From Acidobacteriota bacterium (GTDB lineage Bacteria; Acidobacteriota; UBA6911; RPQK01; JAJDTT01): a DNA stretch of 64,000 nucleotides. Location of the stretch: positions 2,304,001-2,368,000 of the forward strand of contig OZ242374.1 of assembly GCA_965209055.1 (NCBI GenBank), given 5' to 3'. Within the stretch, counting starts at the first letter, position 1. Every line of letters begins with the position of its first letter. The position numbers were made by a program, and so were the translations under genes. Shown here one piece after another: positions 59,292 through 64,000 of the stretch. The notes under the pieces are model-generated. The model had not been told where the DNA came from. It saw nothing but the letters and a program-made list of their open reading frames with translations, and searched no databases.

Positions 59292-59990
59292 TTGACCGGG
59301 GAGATCCCGCCGGAACTGAGCTCGCTCCTTCACCTGAGTGTCCTGGATTTCACTGGGAACCAGTTGACAGGGGAGATCCCGCCGGAGTTAGGCGGACTCG
59401 CCCAACTTGAGAATCTGTATCTCCATGGGAACCAGCTGACGGGAGAGATCCCGCCGGAACTGGGCGCTCTTGTCCAACTCGAGAATCTGTATCTCCATGA
59501 GAACCAGTTGACAGGGAGGATCCCACCGGAGTTGGGTGCCCTCGGTCGCTTGAAGATCCTGAATGTCGGTGTTAACCAGCTGACGGGGAAGATCCCACCG
59601 GAACTGGGCGCTCTTGCCCAACTAAATAATCTGTCTCTACCTGACAACGAACTAGTAGGGAAGATCCCGCTGGAGCTGGGCGCGCTCACCCAACTGGAGT
59701 TCCTGTACCTAAGGAGGAACAATCTGACGGGAGAGATCCCGGCGGAGTTGGGCGCGCTCGCCCGACTGGAGATCCTGTCTCTCGGCAAGAACAGTCTTCA
59801 GGGGGAGATCCCGGCGGAACTAGGCATGCTCGTCCACCTGAGGAACCTGAGTCTCTGGGCGAACAATCTGACGGGAGAGATCCCGGCGGAGTTGGGCGCG
59901 CTCACCCAACTGGAGAGCCTGTACCTCCACATGAACCAGCTGACGGGTCCGATCCCACGAAGTTTCCTGAACCTGGGCCAGCTCAACGTT
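59292..59990 (+). repeat. About 10 x 72-bp LRR-coding units (xLxxNxLtGeIPxELGxLxxL)
   Basis: Units start at 59292, 59364, 59436 ... 59940 with an exact 72-bp period. Confidence 0.92.
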
Positions 59991-60439
59991 TTCAATTTTC
60001 TAGATACTAGAGCTGCTGGTCTTTGCGCCCCCGGTACGTCCGATTTCGTCAAATGGCTGAAAGGGATGGAACGATACGATGGATCGTTCTGTAACGAGTC
60101 TGATGTGACCGTGCTCGACTACCTGTATCGAAGCACCGGCGGAGAGGATTGGACGAACTCTGACGGCTGGGTTGCGGATGGCGTATTGAGTGAACGTTAT
60201 GGGGTCCGGACCGACTCGCTGGGACGGGTCACAGGACTCAACTTGAGTGGCAATGGGCTTGTGGGACGGCTCCCGGGCAGCTTGTTTCGACTGGGCCAGT
60301 TGACTGAATTGCGGGTCGACGGCAACAGTCTATCTGGCCGGTTGCCGTGGTCTTTGACCCGTTTGCCCTTGCAAGGATTCCACTACGCAAACACGGATCT
60401 GTGCATCCCGAACGAGGTGTCGTTCCGCGCTTGGGTTAA

Positions 60440-61630
60440 GGAAGGTCTGAATAAGTCCTCATACGGGGCGAAACAGACCTTGTATCTCTGCCTTTTTCGG
60501 ATCCAGGCGTTGTAACGTGGGATTTGCAACCCTGAATTGGTCTTGACCAAGCGATTGCGAGACGGTTTCCCCAGCCTCAAACACAGCCGTGCCGCATTCC
60601 GATCAGGCGGTCACACCGGAGCGCTCGGCGATCATCAGATTGGCGAATCCCACCAGCAGATAGATCCGTTGGGTGTTTTTCGCCAGCCCGCGGTAGCGCA
60701 CCTTGGCGTAGCCGAAATGCCGTTTCAGGTACCCGAACACATGTTCGGCCTTCGCCCGAACCGATGCCTTGCGCCGCTCGGCCAACGCCGCCTCACTCTC
60801 CGGCGACAGCTGCCAACGCTTCCCGGGCTTCATCATCACCTGCCAATCCATCGGCCGATCTCGATTCTCCGACCGCTTCTGCACTCCCTGGTATCCGGAA
60901 TCCCCCCAAACTTGCGACTCCGAGCCGTGCAGCAATTCGGAGGCCCGCGTCACGTCATGCTCGTTGGCCGGAGCCGTCACCACCGTGTGCGCCACCCCCG
61001 TCTGGGCGTCCACCCCCAAGTGGGCCTTCATTCCGAAATACCACTGTTTTCCCTTTTTCGTCTGGTGCATCTCCGGATCCCGCGCCCGATCCTTGTTTTT
61101 CGTCGAGGAAGGCGCCGCCAGGATACTCGCGTCGACGATCGTCCCACGGCTCAGCCGCAGGCCTTGCCGCTGCAGGTGAGAACCGATCTCCTCGAACAGC
61201 GCCTCCCCCAGACCATGCTCCTCCAGCCGATGACGGAACTTCAGAATCGTCGTCTCGTCCGGCAGCGGCCCCGTGAGCTTCAGGCCCACGAACCGCCGCA
61301 CCGATTCCACCTCATAGAGCAGATCTTCCATCCCCGGATCGCTCAGGTTGTAAAACAGCTGCACGCAGTGAACCCGCAGCATCGTCGAGAGCGGGTAGGG
61401 ACGCCGGCCCCGTCCCGCTTTCGGGTAAAACGGCTCAATCCGGGCTTCCAAATGCTCCCACGGAATCAACCCGTCCATGCGGGCCAGAAACTTCTCTCGA
61501 CGGGTCACCCGCTTCTTGGTGTCGTATTCCAGATCTGCGAACGTCCGTTGCGACATCGTCTTTCCCCCCAACGCAGTGATGATGAAAGAATTATCGTGCA
61601 GAACGCTGACTCGACTTAATCAGACCTTCC
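60440..61630 (-). mobile_element. IS5-family insertion sequence, 1191 bp, with TTAA target duplication
   Basis: TIR GGAAGGTCTGAATAAGTC (60440-60457) versus reverse complement of 61613-61630 GGAAGGTCTGATTAAGTC (17/18); TTAA at 60436-60439 and 61631-61634. Confidence 0.96.
60603..61556 (-). CDS. IS5-family DDE transposase
   Basis: LSDPGMED, PDETTI..FR, IVDAS...APSSTKN, FGMKAH.GVD, WGDSGYQG, R.KAEH.F..LK..FG..KVRYRGL.KN. Confidence 0.96.
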   Translation of the reverse strand: MSQRTFADLEYDTKKRVTRREKFLARMDGLIPWEHLEARIEPFYPKAGRGRRPYPLSTMLRVHCVQLFYNLSDPGMEDLLYEVESVRRFVGLKLTGPLPDETTILKFRHRLEEHGLGEALFEEIGSHLQRQGLRLSRGTIVDASILAAPSSTKNKDRARDPEMHQTKKGKQWYFGMKAHLGVDAQTGVAHTVVTAPANEHDVTRASELLHGSESQVWGDSGYQGVQKRSENRDRPMDWQVMMKPGKRWQLSPESEAALAERRKASVRAKAEHVFGYLKRHFGYAKVRYRGLAKNTQRIYLLVGFANLMIAERSGVTA

Positions 61631-61634
61631 TTAA

Positions 61635-64000
61635 CACCATTCTTTCGCATGAAGGCACAGGAATGACGTGTGCATCGCCTTCGAATCGCGATTTCCTCTT
61701 GGCGCTGTACGATATGACCGACGGACCGAACTGGTCCAAGAACGACCAGTGGGGGACCCCTGCTCCGCTAAAGGATTGGTACGGGGTGCGGGTAGACGAA
61801 AGCGGTCGAGTGAACGCGTTGATGCTCGGATCGAACCGATTGGAGGGAGAGATTCCGGCGGAGCTGGGACGCCTCTCCGATCTGAGGATCCTGGATCTCA
61901 GCGTAAACGAACTGGAGGGGACAATCCCGGCGGAGCTGGGCTCTCTCACCCACCTGATTTCGCTATTTCTCAGTCGGAACAAACTGGAGGGAGAGATCCC
62001 GGCGGAGCTGGGACGCCTCTCCAATCTGGTGATTTTGGATCTCGGTTGGAACGAACTGGAGGGAGAGATCCCGGCGGAGCTGGGACACCTCTCCAATTTG
62101 GGGTTTCTGGATCTTGTTGGAAACCAACTGACGGGGGAGATCCGAACGGAACTCCTCTCGCTCTCCAAGCTGAGGTACCTGGTTCTCAGTCGGAACAGCC
62201 TGACCGGGCAGATTCCGGTGGAACTAAGCCGACTCTCCAACCTGGAAGGGCTGCATCTCGATGGAAATGAATTGACGGGTTCCGTGCCCCCGGAACTCGG
62301 TCAGATGCACACGCTTATTACGGTGGGACTGGCGCACAACGCCCGGATGTCGGGGGACCTGCCTGCCGGCTTGACTTCACTTACGCGGCTCGAAGCGTTT
62401 CTGGCGGGAGGCACCGATCTCTGCGCTCCCGCCGATGCCAGATTTCAGAACTGGTTGGATGGTGTCTGGAAGCGGCAGATCGCCCCCTGTTCCCGTGGTG
62501 ACTTGCCGAAGGCGTACCTGACACAAGCCGCCCAGTCGCGGGTGTTCCCGGTTCCGCTGGTCGCCGGCGAGAAAGCCCTGCTCCGGGTGTTCGCAACCTC
62601 CGCACACGAGACTGACGCCGCTCTCCCACCGGTGCGAACGACATTCTTCCGGGATGGGACGCCGCTGCATGTGGTGAACATCCCAGGAAAACCGGCTTCC
62701 ATCCCGAACGAAGTGGAGGAGGGAGATCTGACCGCCTCCCTCAACGCCGAGATCCCTGCCTGGGTCATTCAGCCGGGGCTCGAGATGGTCATCGACATCG
62801 ACCCGAAGAGGACACTGGATTCCCGCCTGAGCGTGACGAAGAGAATCCCAGAGAGGGGCCGTTTGGCAGTCGAAGTTCGGAGGATGCCCCGCTTCCATCT
62901 GACGGTGACCCCCCTTTTGTGGCGCCAGAACCCCGATTCGTCGACCGTGGAGATGGCCAAAGGGATGGAACAGGATCCTGAAGCCCACGAGTTGCTTCAG
63001 GACACGCGGACTCTATTGCCCATCGCCGAGCTTGAAGTGAAGGCCCATGCTCCCGTGTTGACTTTGACCAACGATATCCATGAACTGGCACACGAATTGA
63101 GAGCAATTCGCGCCATGGAGCGCTCCAATGGCTACTATCTGGGCCTGATAGCCGGGGCATTTGAAGGTAAAGCCGGAAGGGCCTTCATGCCCGGCTGGAC
63201 ATCTGTCGCATCAGTCGATTCGGACGTTATCGCGCACGAAATTGGACATAACCTGAACCTCCAGCATGCGCTGTGCGGTGGTACTCCAAATGCGGATCCC
63301 TCGTTTCCCGACCCCTATGGGTCCATCGGTGTTTGGGGATACGACTTCCGTGAGGGCGGGCGACTCGTGCCGCCGCGATGGAGAGATCTGATGATCTTTT
63401 GCCGATCCAAGTGGATTAGCAATTATCATACCACCAAATGGATCGGTGAGTATCATTTCACTAACGCGCTTCGTTACCGCTTGCACACGGCGGCCCAAAG
63501 TGCAGTGTCATCCCTGGTCGCCGCGCCGGCGAATTCCCTCCTGCTCTGGGGCGGCGAGGACGCCGCGGGGGTTCCCTTCCTGGAACCAGTATTCGTCGTA
63601 GATGCTCCTGCATCGCTGCCGCGGTCCGTTGGTGATTATGAGATCACCGGACGTACCTCCAGCGGCGACGAGTTGTTCTCACTGAGCTTCGATATGCCGG
63701 AATTGGCTGACGGGGACGGAAGATCCTCTTTCGTCTTCGTCCTCCCCGCAAAACCCGAGTGGGCCGACCAGTTGGCCAGCATCCTGCTCTCCGGTCCCCA
63801 CGGGGAGGTCACTCTGGATAAGAACACGGATCGTACAGTCACCATCCTGCGCGATCCAAAGACCGAGCAGATTCGCGGTATCCTGCGCGACGCGGACCCC
63901 GATACCCTGGCCCGAGACAGATCGGTGTCCGCGCTGTGGTCGGATGCGGGCTTGGAGAGGTTGACCAGCCGGGGAATTCCGGATCCCGAAGACTGGGACC
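61635..64000 (+). pseudogene. C-terminal part of the IS-split gene: LRR cap, ~8 LRRs and metzincin (M66-like) zinc protease; open to the window end
   Basis: Manual translation shows no stop in the frame of ATG 61663 up to 64000: ALYDMTDGPNW...GEIPAELG repeats, AYLTQAAQ..PVPLVAG..ALLRVF, HEIGHNLNLQH (63235-63267), Met-turn DLM. Confidence 0.88.

Larger units (their letters stand above)
57336..60439 (+). pseudogene. N-terminal part of a giant secreted LRR/metalloprotease gene, interrupted by IS5
   Basis: SD CAGGAG plus TTG start; signal-like N-terminus; two 226-aa repeats; Ig-like domain; LRR caps and plant-type LRRs. The ORF runs into the IS and stops at 60515. Confidence 0.88.

Noticed and set aside
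60537-61619. 360-aa plus-strand ORF inside the IS
   Set aside because: Antisense to the transposase, a common feature of IS5 elements; no independent evidence
59292-62400. 72-bp periodic repeats as a CRISPR array or DGR template/variable pair
   Set aside because: In-frame LRR coding repeats; no cas or reverse transcriptase genes, and differences are not adenine-specific

Overview
High-GC bacterial chromosome segment, most consistent with an Acidobacteriota genome and possibly a host (e.g. sponge) symbiont. Both points are inferred from gene content only. About 1-45 kb is mostly housekeeping: thrB, aroD-aroE fusion, pgsA, uvrC, suhB, ispF/D/E, radA, dnaB, rplI/rpsR/rpsF, hppA, pth, rplY, prs, dciA-like, ileS, fabH, queE, nth, thiD. 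About 45-64 kb is accessory: an opine dehydrogenase cluster, nhaA, a DUF1501/PSD1 pair, a TonB-receptor remnant and a giant plant-type LRR protein with a metzincin protease domain. Main observations: (1) one ORF fuses lipoprotein signal peptidase LspA to the lipoprotein chaperone LolA, and no lolB sits at the TPR-ispE position where many Proteobacteria keep it. (2) A >1800-aa LRR/zinc-protease gene is cleanly split by an IS5 (18-bp TIRs, TTAA duplication), and its C-terminal half is missing from the ORF track. (3) Two large secreted proteins share a ~110-aa repeated module. (4) At least nine genes have a -10 box 7-10 nt before the start codon, which suggests leaderless mRNAs. (5) A candidate Na+/Li+ riboswitch hairpin lies upstream of nhaA. 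No tRNA, rRNA or CRISPR array was seen.
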